The notes under the pieces were generated by a model, which did no database searches, was not told where the DNA came from, and saw only the letters and a list, made by a program, of their open reading frames with translations. A stretch of DNA of 63,983 bases, filler included, from an uncultured Myxococcia bacterium (lineage in GTDB: Bacteria; CAZTWC01): the NCBI GenBank assembly GCA_964617105.1. It is 9 parts of 9 records of this genome, joined end to end, with 100 filler letters (N's around TTAATTAATTAA, not from the genome) between each part and the next. Parts side by side here need not be neighbours in the genome. Positions count along the whole stretch, not along the records: positions 7,418 to 14,690 come from CAZTWC010000188.1; positions 14,791 to 22,026 come from CAZTWC010000190.1; 7 more parts are not named here. One strand, given 5' to 3'. Of this stretch, positions 8,867 to 17,729 are shown piece after piece; the stretch's first letter is position 1; each line of letters opens with the position of its first letter. A program made the position numbers and the translations under genes.

Positions 8867-9475
8867 TTATTTTTCATCTCGTGGAGTTAATTTAAACTTT
8901 GGAATAGAAAAGTCTGCATCCTTTGGTGGCCTGCCTCTTCCTTGAGGATTATTTTCACTCTTTTCTTTTTTTTGTAGATCTTTTATCCAGTCACGTATTG
9001 TATCCGGAGCCCTCTTTTTATTTTCACAGCCAAAAATTAGAATTTCTTCCGACTCAGCAATATGCCCTATCGGAATATTCGCATTTTTTGACCATATCAA
9101 CGCTGCTATAGCCCGGCAGCGCTCTTGATGTTTGCGATTTTCACTATGACGAGGATCATTTAATGGATAAATATTGGATTTACCTTCTCTATTTTCATCT
9201 TCAGTTTTGGAATCATTAGTATTTCCAGGAGTTTTTTCAACGTATCGCTGTAGATGCTCAGGGACCATGTTTTTTTCTGAGAGCCAATTTATGAATTCAT
9301 CCCAAGAGATGGTGGTTTTGGATACATCATATTTAAAGGCTGCATTTTCTGTCTCTAAGGTATGATCTGGCATTATTTCCAAACTATCAATAGCATTACA
9401 AATTGCCTCACAACATGCATCATAACCTAATGGTAGATCATAATTATACCACCGATCTGTTACCACAATGATCAT
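8867..9475 (-). CDS. Hypothetical island protein with possible C-terminal DNA-binding region
   Basis: 202-aa ORF; RHQERCRAIAALIW..TIRDWIKDL..GRPPK resembles island-associated proteins. Confidence 0.55.
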   Translation of the reverse strand: MIIVVTDRWYNYDLPLGYDACCEAICNAIDSLEIMPDHTLETENAAFKYDVSKTTISWDEFINWLSEKNMVPEHLQRYVEKTPGNTNDSKTEDENREGKSNIYPLNDPRHSENRKHQERCRAIAALIWSKNANIPIGHIAESEEILIFGCENKKRAPDTIRDWIKDLQKKEKSENNPQGRGRPPKDADFSIPKFKLTPRDEK

Positions 9476-9500
9476 AATGAAAATCGGTGTTAAAGGAAAA

Positions 9501-11003
9501 TCAACCTTGTATAGTTTTCAATAACTCTTCACCTTTCTTGGTCAAACGATATTTTTGAGTTGGACTTTTAGGTGATTCTGGTTGTGTCATTTCGATAAAC
9601 TTGCCATCAAGGGCTGGATTAAGATAATTTCTACTAAAATGCTTTCGGTCTTTTAATGATACGGCTGTCATCAACTCTTCACGTGACAGCTCGCCATTTA
9701 TATTCTCGAGCAATTTTATTACTTGCGGGGTTACTTGCGGGGTTACTTGCGGGGTTACTTGCGGGGTAGCCTGAGTTACAGAATTGTCCACCTGGCGCAC
9801 TGGCCGGGAGATGGTTATGGTAAATCCATCTGAAAGGGTAAACTCTGGCTCTGGCAACTCCGCCTTTACACAGCGTTGAATCATATCACGAGTGCCAGTG
9901 CCCATCCGTTCAATATATTTGGTCAGATAGAGCGATTCCGCCAGCAGAGGATTGGCTGGAACAGAGCCATGGGGCTGTCGCAGTTTTTCCAGAGTTAGAG
10001 TTGGAGGAAGAGTCCCCGGATTCCAAACTTCGAGGCGGTCAGCAAACAACATCACCTGGACGCTGCCATTGCTCGAATAATCACGGTGAGCAACTGCATT
10101 GACAATGGCCTCGGCCACCACCTCACGGGGAATTTCATACTTTACCGGCACCTGGGGGCCATCTTCACGGGTTCCCACCCACAGGTTTATTTTCGACATG
10201 ACAAAATCAATAGCCTGATCAACCAGGTCAAAAACAGTGCCTTTATAAACCTGATATGAAGGAATAGGCTTTGCCACCTGTGTACCGTGAAAATGGGCGC
10301 ATTTAACCTCAGAGGAGATCAAAAATCGCTGTGGTTGCTTGCCGAATAAAAGAATTGCTGCATTTGTGGGCCGGCCATTATCCAGCAGGTTTAGATGGGC
10401 TAAAACCTCTTGAGAGGTTGTTTCTTCTGATAGGGGGAAATTCCTGGCTCTACGGGCAAGGCCTAAAAAATGTTTGAGCTTTTCTTCATCAAGGTCTTTC
10501 ACTCCAGAATTCCGGCAGTAACTGGCATCAAAAGGCCCTACTCTGATTAACTCCTTATTATCTAAATATTTGACCAGGCTGGCATATACTGCGGCAATAA
10601 GTTCTTCAGCAGTATTAAATCGCCGCCTGATCAACGATGAACCTGCATTTGAGATTAGTTTTTGCATCTTGGGATGCCGCTGGTTATCATCAACGCCTTT
10701 GACATAGACAAGGCGATGTTTTTCCAGTTCAGATGCCTTTAAATATTCTCGATGGGTTGGAGAGAGGCCCTCTTGATCCTCCCAGCCATAATCATTACCA
10801 AATATGCCGATATAAACATCGCATTTTTCTACTTCATCAAGGTAACATTTGTCGACTCGTTGATCAGCGGCCGGCATATCTTCAAACAGAAATATATTAA
10901 AAAATCTTCGCAACAATGGATCACCGCTGATATAATCCCGCAATGTAATCCGCTCTTCAGCGAGTTCTTTTTGCACGCTGCTGATAAAAATACGAATATT
11001 CAT
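9501..11003 (-). CDS. DUF4062 + HATPase_c_4 (RecG-C-like) + C-terminal wHTH protein
   Basis: RIFISSVQKELAEER and PTHREY (DUF4062); EAIVNAVAHRDY, NPG, IERMGTG; QVTP linker; SPTQKYRLT. Confidence 0.85.
   Translation of the reverse strand: MNIRIFISSVQKELAEERITLRDYISGDPLLRRFFNIFLFEDMPAADQRVDKCYLDEVEKCDVYIGIFGNDYGWEDQEGLSPTHREYLKASELEKHRLVYVKGVDDNQRHPKMQKLISNAGSSLIRRRFNTAEELIAAVYASLVKYLDNKELIRVGPFDASYCRNSGVKDLDEEKLKHFLGLARRARNFPLSEETTSQEVLAHLNLLDNGRPTNAAILLFGKQPQRFLISSEVKCAHFHGTQVAKPIPSYQVYKGTVFDLVDQAIDFVMSKINLWVGTREDGPQVPVKYEIPREVVAEAIVNAVAHRDYSSNGSVQVMLFADRLEVWNPGTLPPTLTLEKLRQPHGSVPANPLLAESLYLTKYIERMGTGTRDMIQRCVKAELPEPEFTLSDGFTITISRPVRQVDNSVTQATPQVTPQVTPQVTPQVIKLLENINGELSREELMTAVSLKDRKHFSRNYLNPALDGKFIEMTQPESPKSPTQKYRLTKKGEELLKTIQG
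9719..9766. repeat. 12-bp coding tandem repeat x4
   Basis: (TTACTTGCGGGG)4 encoding the PQVT linker. Confidence 0.95.
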
Positions 11004-11062
11004 ATAACAATCCCGACCTTATTATTTTGATACTTTCACCATACCACGTTTAGCAAAGATAT

Positions 11063-11221
11063 CTACTTTTGCTGATAGTTCTCCAGGTTCACGACCTTTC
11101 TATCCACTAGCTCCAGAGTTTCTGCCACTATATCAACAACCAAATCAGAACCCCGCCTCAATGCTTCATCCCTCAAATGAGCATATTGCTGGGTCATATG
11201 GGGGCTTTTGTGAGTCAACAA
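11063..11221 (-). pseudogene. Tyrosine integrase C-terminal remnant
   Basis: Own translation: LLTHKSPHMTQQYAHLRDEALRRGSDL..NYQQK*; box II His and catalytic Tyr present, no recognisable upstream part; not in the ORF track. Confidence 0.85.
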
Positions 11222-11239
11222 CAAATCACAACAGGTCAC

Positions 11240-11268
11240 TTGAAAAGATAGCGAATTTTTCGTATAAT
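11240..11268 (+). promoter_or_regulatory. Sigma70-type promoter of the citrate lyase genes
   Basis: TTGAAA-N17-TATAAT. Confidence 0.65.
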
Positions 11269-11375
11269 AACATTTTTCTATGAACAGGCTTTGCGTTATG
11301 AACCATAATCGATCCTTTATGGGCTACTATGTGGGAAAACTAACTGAAAACTCAATTTAAATAGGCGAGTAAATT

Positions 11376-12596
11376 ATGAGTGATACATTTTTATCGGGAA
11401 ATACCGGTCCAACCATCCAATCTGACTGCAAAGTGAAGTATTCTTCAAAAGATAGTGAAGGAAACGATATAATTTTAAATTCAAAAGTGGCGGCCCTGTA
11501 TGGCGACTCAATTGTAAAATTGGCAGCAGAGGTTTTAACGGCCATGGGTATTGACCACTGCCGCCTTGAAATCGAGGATGCCGGCGCTCTCCCTTTTGTT
11601 ATAAGCGCCAGGATTGAAGCCGCTGTAAAAATGGCTCATCCTGAAAATAAAACCGAAGTCCTCCCGGAAATGAAAAATTTTTGCACCTATAAGAGTTGGC
11701 GGAATAAATTTCGTAGAAGCCGCCTCTATTTACCTGGAAATCAGCCAAAATTGATGCTTAATGCAGGTCTCCATAAACCGGATGGCGTGATTCTGGATCT
11801 GGAAGATGCGGTTGCGCCGATAGAAAAATTTTCCGCCCGCTTGATTGTCCGCAATGCGTTGAGAACGTTGGACTTTTTCGGCGCTGAACGGATGGTCCGG
11901 ATTAATCAGGGAGATTTGGGAATGGAAGATTTAGACGCGGTTGTGCCTCATAATGTCCATCTCATTCTAATCCCCAAGGTGGAATCACCCGACCAGGTAA
12001 AGGCAATTGACACCCGCATCAATGCTATCAAGAGAGAATGCCAAAGAGAAGAGCCAGTATTTTTAATGCCTATTTTAGAATCTGCCATGGGGGTTCTCAA
12101 TGCTTTGCAGATTGCCCAGTCCAGTCCCAACATTGTTTCCCTGGCAATTGGCCTGGAGGATTATACAGCTGATATTGGCACCTCCCGCACCCTGGAAGGG
12201 ACTGAATCATTTCTGGCGCGCTCCATGTTAGTAAATGCGGCCAGGGCTGCCGGTATTCAAGCAATTGACACGGTTTTCAGCGATGTTGGGGATATGGAGG
12301 GCTTGCAAGAATCGGTGCTGGAGGCCAAGGGACTGGGATTTGACGGTAAGGGTTGTATTCATCCCAGGCAAATCAGCGTTATTCATCAGGGTTTTGCGCC
12401 TTCTCAAGCAGAAATCACTAAAGCCCAGAAAATTGTATTCGCCTTTGATGAAGCAGAGAAAAAAGGGCTGGGAGTTGTTTCTCTGGGTTCCAAAATGATC
12501 GATCCTCCGGTGGTCAAACGAGCTATCCGCACTATAAATTTGGCTGTAGATAGCGGTATTTTAGCGTCAAACTGGAAGAGTGCCTCAGGACAATAA
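11376..12596 (+). CDS. citE: Citrate lyase acyl carrier (gamma)-beta subunit fusion, CitD-CitE
   Basis: N-terminal ~90 aa CitD-like (QSDC, LYGDSI, IEDAGALPFVISARIEAA), then RRSRLYLPGN, LDLEDAV, GLEDY, GKGCIHPRQ, KMIDPPV. Confidence 0.9.
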   Translation: MSDTFLSGNTGPTIQSDCKVKYSSKDSEGNDIILNSKVAALYGDSIVKLAAEVLTAMGIDHCRLEIEDAGALPFVISARIEAAVKMAHPENKTEVLPEMKNFCTYKSWRNKFRRSRLYLPGNQPKLMLNAGLHKPDGVILDLEDAVAPIEKFSARLIVRNALRTLDFFGAERMVRINQGDLGMEDLDAVVPHNVHLILIPKVESPDQVKAIDTRINAIKRECQREEPVFLMPILESAMGVLNALQIAQSSPNIVSLAIGLEDYTADIGTSRTLEGTESFLARSMLVNAARAAGIQAIDTVFSDVGDMEGLQESVLEAKGLGFDGKGCIHPRQISVIHQGFAPSQAEITKAQKIVFAFDEAEKKGLGVVSLGSKMIDPPVVKRAIRTINLAVDSGILASNWKSASGQ

Positions 12597-12607
12597 GGAA
12601 GAAATCG

Positions 12608-14170
12608 ATGAAAGACAATCTTGAATTTATAAAAAATGCAGCGGGAAGGATAGTCCCAACCATGGTAAATGGTAGAGAATCAGTTGCCTATAAAGGGATT
12701 GGAAAATACCGGCCCCAAGGTAAAAAGGCAGCGCCACCTGTGGTTGCCTGTCAGGATTTTCCGCCAAATGGCGACAAACGCAAACCTTCCCTCAAGGAAG
12801 CATTGGTAGCCTGTGGGCTTAGGGATGGTATGACCATCTCTTCCCACCATCATTTTAGGAATGGTGATTTACTAATGACCCAGGTTTTCGACATTGCCGC
12901 TGAATTGGGGGTAAAAGATTTAATGTGGTTCCCTTCTGCGGCTTTTCCCTGTCATGAGCCTCTGATCAAACACCTTGACAGCGGTGTCATCCGCTGGATT
13001 GAAGGCTCCCTCAATGGCCCTCTGGGAGATTATGCTTCTTCCGGAAAAATGAGTGGGCTTTCGGTTTTAAGAAGCCATGGCGGCAGGTGGCAGGCAATAC
13101 AGGATGGTGAGGTGCATATAGATATCGCCATTTTGGCGGCGCCTACCGCCGATTGCTTTGGCAATGCCACCGGAGATCGGGGTCCGTCAGCCTGCGGTTC
13201 TCTGGGATTTGGCCTGGCCGATTCTATTTATGCTGATAAATGCATCATAGTTACTGACAATTTGGTGCCTTTCCCTTGTTTCCCCTGGCAGATCCAGGGG
13301 AATAACGTAGATTATGTGGTCGAATTGGACAAGGTGGGCGATGCTTCGAAAATCGTCTCCGGCACCACAAAAATAACCAAATCTCCTGACCGGCTCCTAA
13401 TCGCCGAACAGACTGCCCAGTTTATAAAAAAAGCAGGGATTATGCGTGATGGATTTAGTTTTCAGGCTGGAGCCGGGGGCACTGCCCTGGCCTTTGCCAT
13501 GTTTCTGAAGCAGATGATGAAAGAGGAAAAAATAAGGGCCCGTTTTATTCGCGGCGGTTCGACCAAATACCTGGTTGAGATGCTGGAAGAGGACCTTACT
13601 GACTATATTTTGGACGGTCAGACCTTTGATTTAGAAGGTGTCCGCTCCATGAGAGAAAATACCAATCATGTGGGCACTTCGCCCTTTACTTCTTACAACT
13701 GGCATGGAAAAGGAAATTTTGCATCCATGGTGGACTGTCTGGTCCTGGGAGCCACTGAAGTTGACCTTAATTTCAACGGAAATGTGGTTACCCATTCTGA
13801 CGGTAAACTGCTTCATGGAATCGGTGGTTGGCAGAATTGCCTTTCCAGTAAATGCACCATTTTGGCCATCCCTTCATTTAGGAACCGGATCCCTATAATT
13901 GTTGACCGGGTAACCACCCTGGTTGGCCCTGGAGAACTTATTGACGTAGTAGTAACAGAGCGGGGTATCGCCATCAATCCGTCCCGGCAGGATTTGATTT
14001 CGGCCACCAGTAATTCTGGTTTGCCAATTCGTCCAATCGAGGAAATTAAAGAGGAAGTGGATGACCTTTGCGGCGGTTCTGTCCAAAAGCCTGAATTCAC
14101 CGATGAAATTATCGGGGTGGTGAAGTGGGTGGATGGAACAGTGCTGGATACTATCTTTAGAGTTAAATAG
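12608..14170 (+). CDS. citF: Citrate lyase alpha subunit (citrate-ACP transferase)
   Basis: DGMTISSHHHFRNGD, RSHGGR, SFQAGAGG, DVVVTERGIAINP. Confidence 0.95.
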   Translation: MKDNLEFIKNAAGRIVPTMVNGRESVAYKGIGKYRPQGKKAAPPVVACQDFPPNGDKRKPSLKEALVACGLRDGMTISSHHHFRNGDLLMTQVFDIAAELGVKDLMWFPSAAFPCHEPLIKHLDSGVIRWIEGSLNGPLGDYASSGKMSGLSVLRSHGGRWQAIQDGEVHIDIAILAAPTADCFGNATGDRGPSACGSLGFGLADSIYADKCIIVTDNLVPFPCFPWQIQGNNVDYVVELDKVGDASKIVSGTTKITKSPDRLLIAEQTAQFIKKAGIMRDGFSFQAGAGGTALAFAMFLKQMMKEEKIRARFIRGGSTKYLVEMLEEDLTDYILDGQTFDLEGVRSMRENTNHVGTSPFTSYNWHGKGNFASMVDCLVLGATEVDLNFNGNVVTHSDGKLLHGIGGWQNCLSSKCTILAIPSFRNRIPIIVDRVTTLVGPGELIDVVVTERGIAINPSRQDLISATSNSGLPIRPIEEIKEEVDDLCGGSVQKPEFTDEIIGVVKWVDGTVLDTIFRVK

Positions 14171-14346
14171 TCAGGGAAACCAAATAATTTCAAATACTTT
14201 GAGTTTTTCGAGTGGTGTCTAAAACTATGCTGGCATAACGTTCTGCCAGGGTTTGTTCACCCAGAATAAGATAGGACTTTGCCAGTTGGGCATAGAGTAT
14301 TGGGAGTTATATGTCATGACAATACACGGATTGCCTGAGAATTATC

Positions 14347-14690
14347 ATGGAACGTTTTTTGACCTCACTGAAATTGCTGGCGTTTTTGACCTGTTTCCTG
14401 TTGATAACAGCATCCCAGGCCCAGACCACTGAGCCCGGCAAGTCCGCCCAGCCAAAATCCGATGCTGCCCAGCCCAAAACTGACAGTGCCTCGGAAAAAT
14501 TGCCTCCAACTGCCAAAGATTCTAAGGTGATGATATTGGATAAAATGGTGGTCACCGATCAGAAAAAGGACCACCACATAACCTCAACCGATATTAGTGT
14601 GGAGAAATTTAAAATTGAGGAGTTAGAGCAGATTCCAGTCTTCATGGGTGAAAAAGATATTATGAAAACCATTCAACTCACCCCCGGGAT
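14347..14690 (+). CDS. TonB-dependent receptor N-terminus (3'-partial)
   Basis: Signal peptide, DKMVVT TonB-box-like, IPVFMGEKDIMKTIQLTPG plug start. Confidence 0.75.
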
Positions 14691-14790
14691 NNNNNNNNNN
14701 NNNNNNNNNNNNNNNNNNNNNNNNNNNNNNNNNNTTAATTAATTAANNNNNNNNNNNNNNNNNNNNNNNNNNNNNNNNNNNNNNNNNNNN
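14691..14790. other. Artificial contig spacer
   Basis: N44-TTAATTAATTAA-N44. Confidence 0.99.
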
Positions 14791-15120
14791 TTTATCTTCG
14801 GTAATCTGGGTCAAGGTGTATTTGCCTATTATCCTTTTAATATGGGGAATAATCTGTCCCTCTCTCTTCATGGTGCTTGGACGCTTCTTAGGCGATACTG
14901 TTTCAAAATATCTATCCAAAGCCTTGGCCAATACTAATTTTTCTGCACCCTTCACATTGCGCCAAGTTCCGGCATCCATTTCTCTTTCAACTTTCCTGGC
15001 CCATCGCTCGGCATCACCACGGCGTTTGAAGTTTTTTGCCTGATATGGATAGCCGGTTCTTCTAACTTCAGTTCGATAGGTGGTCCCTTTTTTCCCGTTG
15101 ACTTTCCGAATAGTTGCCAA
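14791..15120 (-). CDS. Phage-type tyrosine integrase N-terminus (3'-partial)
   Basis: MATIRK..YRTEVRRTGYPYQAKNFKRRGDAERWARKVE arm-binding domain; next to a tRNA. Confidence 0.85.
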
Positions 15121-15169
15121 TATAATTTCCTCCAGTGCAAGTAATTTACAGCCAACTGGAACTTAATTT

Positions 15170-15200
15170 TTAGCGTAAATTTGGCGTAAATTTGGCGCAC
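15170..15200. repeat. 11-bp direct repeats, putative integrase arm-type sites
   Basis: TTAGCGTAAAT-TTGGCGTAAAT-TTGGCGCAC; further copy TTAGCGTAAA at 15281-15290. Confidence 0.6.
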
Positions 15201-15348
15201 TACCATTTGGAATTAACGATAAGAATATACCATGAAAAATCATAATCAACAAGTAATATCAGGTAATTACGAGAATATTTTTAGCGTAAAGGAAAAGTGG
15301 GGCAATCATTAGGGCAAACTTGCAATTTCCTCAATGATTTCAACATAT

Positions 15349-15424
15349 GCCAAGATAGCTCAGTTGGCAGAGCAGCGCATTCGTAATGCGCAGGTCGTGA
15401 GTTCGAATCTCATTCTTGGCTCCA
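15349..15424 (+). tRNA. tRNA-Thr (CGT)
   Basis: 76-nt cloverleaf, GCGCA-TTCGTAA-TGCGC anticodon arm, GTTCGAAT T-loop, CCA. Confidence 0.96.
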
Positions 15425-15434
15425 GTGGAATCGG

Positions 15435-15467
15435 GGGGTTAGGCTTTTTTGCCTGGCCCCTTTTTTT
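15435..15467 (+). terminator. Intrinsic terminator after tRNA-Thr
   Basis: GGGGTTAGGC-T6-GCCTGGCCCC followed by T7. Confidence 0.85.
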
Positions 15468-15481
15468 ATTTGGATCCACAA

Positions 15482-16723
15482 TTAATCCAGTGCATGGACT
15501 ACCAACCCACTCTTAAGTTTGGGCTCAAACCAGGTGGACTTGGGAGGCATTATCTCCCCGGCATCAGCCAGAGTCATCAATTGCTCTACACTGGTGGGAT
15601 GAAGGGAAAAAGCCACCTGGTAATTGCCGCTGTCCACCAGCCGTTCCAACTCCTTCAGCCCACGAATGCCGCCGATAAAATTGATCCGCTCATCTTTGCG
15701 GGGATCACCGATGGACAAAACCGGCTCCAAAAGATTTTTTTGTAAAATACTGCAGTCCAGACTCTCCACTGGATGCTGGTCGGAAAAAGTCCCCTCATTG
15801 GCCTGCAAAGAATACCATTTACCCTCCAGGTAGAGGCCGAACTGGTGTCTGACCGGAGGCTCAAAAGCCTCATCTTGTGGCTCCACTTGAAAATTCTGGT
15901 TCAATTGCTCCAAAAACTGGGTGGCATTATAGTCTCCCAAATCTTTTACCACCCGGTTGTAAGCCATTATAAGCATCTGGTTGTCCGGGAATAGCACCGA
16001 TAGAAAAAAGTTGTATTCCTCATTACCATCATGTCCGCTGTTTTCCTCCTGGCGCAACTTAGCCACCCGGGTGGCTGCGGCTGATCGGTGGTGGCCATCA
16101 GCGACATAGAGGCAGGTTTGTTTGACAAACAGTCCCTCCAATTCAGCAATTATATCACTCTTATCCACCTTCCAAAAAGTATGCCTGATCCCCTGGCTGG
16201 TAAAATCGTACTCTGGTGAATTTTTATCGATGAAATCAGTCACCAGAGAATCGATCTTAGACTGCTGTTTATAGGTTAAAAATACCGGACCGCTATTGGC
16301 GTTTAGATGGCTTACGTGATTAGTACGGTCCAACTCTTTTACTTCACGGGTCAACTCGTGTTTTTTAATAATATCCTGCTGATATTCCTCCACCGAGGTA
16401 CAGGCCACCAGACCTATCTGTTTGTGCCCACCCATAATCTGTTGATAAAGGTAAAAGCAAGGTACAGCATCACGGACCAAAATCCCCTCTTGCTGCAATT
16501 TATTCAAATTTTCCGCTGCCTTTTGATAAACCCGAGGATCATATGGATCGGTTTCAGGAGGGAGATCAATCTCAGATTTTACCACATGCAAAAAAGAGAA
16601 CGGATTGTCTGAAGCCATCTCTGCCGCCTCTTGAGAAGAGATTACATCGTATGGGGGACTAGCCACTTTTTCAGCCATCTCTTTTATTGGTCTTAATCCA
16701 CAAAAAGGTTTTACTATCGCCAT
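15482..16723 (-). CDS. DUF1015 family protein
   Basis: PPYDVI, IKKHELT, YVADGHHR, MPPKSTWFEPKL. Confidence 0.93.
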   Translation of the reverse strand: MAIVKPFCGLRPIKEMAEKVASPPYDVISSQEAAEMASDNPFSFLHVVKSEIDLPPETDPYDPRVYQKAAENLNKLQQEGILVRDAVPCFYLYQQIMGGHKQIGLVACTSVEEYQQDIIKKHELTREVKELDRTNHVSHLNANSGPVFLTYKQQSKIDSLVTDFIDKNSPEYDFTSQGIRHTFWKVDKSDIIAELEGLFVKQTCLYVADGHHRSAAATRVAKLRQEENSGHDGNEEYNFFLSVLFPDNQMLIMAYNRVVKDLGDYNATQFLEQLNQNFQVEPQDEAFEPPVRHQFGLYLEGKWYSLQANEGTFSDQHPVESLDCSILQKNLLEPVLSIGDPRKDERINFIGGIRGLKELERLVDSGNYQVAFSLHPTSVEQLMTLADAGEIMPPKSTWFEPKLKSGLVVHALD

Positions 16724-16752
16724 GACATCCTCCTGATTTTAAGAAAGAAAAG

Positions 16753-16794
16753 AATTCCCGGGATTTCAATCCCAGTTTATATACTGCCGCTTTT
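16753..16794. repeat. 42-bp dispersed intergenic repeat, copy 1
   Basis: AATTCCCGGGATTTCAATCCCAGTTTATATACTGCCGCTTTT; 38/42 identical to 19761-19802. Confidence 0.85.
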
Positions 16795-16948
16795 CCTGAA
16801 ACTATAAAAGGCAATTTATACCACTGCTACAATTTGTGTCAAACAAATAGTTAGCACATCCAAATTCTCAAATAAACTTTCATAACCATAATTTCTGGTG
16901 TAAAATAACAATAATTGAACTGTAAATGATATTTACTCTTGGTCTGGC

Positions 16949-17674
16949 ATGACATTTACCTCTTTTTTTCAACCAAACTATCAAATATTGGCATCACAAA
17001 TGCCTGAACTCCCGGAATTTATGAACCGCCTCAATCCGGAGCCAAAACTGGAGGTGAAAGAGGCGAAACATGGAGGATACACTCTAAAATACCAGGGTAA
17101 ATTGTTTCACAGTCAGATTAATCCCGGCCAGGAGGGTAATAAAATTGCCGCCCAAATAGTCTCAAAAACTATTTTTCCCCGCCTGATTTTACTGGGGGCC
17201 GGCCTGGGGCACTATTTGCAACCACTGGTTGATACTTTTCAGGGGAAAATATTGGTAGTAGAGCCAAATCCTCATATCTTCCGATCTTTTTTAGACCATT
17301 TCTCTCTGGCGAAATTGAATCCTTTACCCCTATTTTGGGTGGGAGAGACTCTGGAGCAACTCTTTGACCGGCCAATATTAAAAAAATGGATGCTATCAGG
17401 GACGGATATCTATTGCCAGTCAGCCTATAAGAGTGCCTATGCCAATTTTTACCAACAATTTATGGCCAGAAAATCCACCATTGAGGGAAAAACTCTCTTG
17501 ACTTTTCTCCCCCGGGAGGACGAATTGGCTAAAATTTTTGTTCAAATCAATAGTTGGGAGGATTTTTTACATCAGCCGGCCAACCAGAGGGAGGAAGCAA
17601 CTTTAAAGGATGGCGGACAGCAAGGCAGAGTGCTTTTTATGCTCAGTGAGATATTGGCTAAATCACCTCGGTAG
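16949..17674 (+). CDS. Protein resembling the N-terminal domain of Maf/DUF115 motility-associated glycosyltransferases
   Basis: FHSQINPGQEG, ILLGAGLGHYL, ILVVEP; the catalytic C-terminal DUF115 domain is not evident. Confidence 0.55.
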   Translation: MTFTSFFQPNYQILASQMPELPEFMNRLNPEPKLEVKEAKHGGYTLKYQGKLFHSQINPGQEGNKIAAQIVSKTIFPRLILLGAGLGHYLQPLVDTFQGKILVVEPNPHIFRSFLDHFSLAKLNPLPLFWVGETLEQLFDRPILKKWMLSGTDIYCQSAYKSAYANFYQQFMARKSTIEGKTLLTFLPREDELAKIFVQINSWEDFLHQPANQREEATLKDGGQQGRVLFMLSEILAKSPR

Positions 17675-17729
17675 TGAAGTTACAGTTATCCGTTACCGAA
17701 TCTCAATTCATTCTCAAACGTGCTCCAGG

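Noticed and set aside
9719-9766. 12-bp tandem repeat as a phase-variation switch
   Set aside because: The unit is a multiple of three and encodes a linker typical of this family, so copy changes keep the frame
15334-15516. 60-aa ORF over the tRNA-Thr
   Set aside because: Shadow of the tRNA gene
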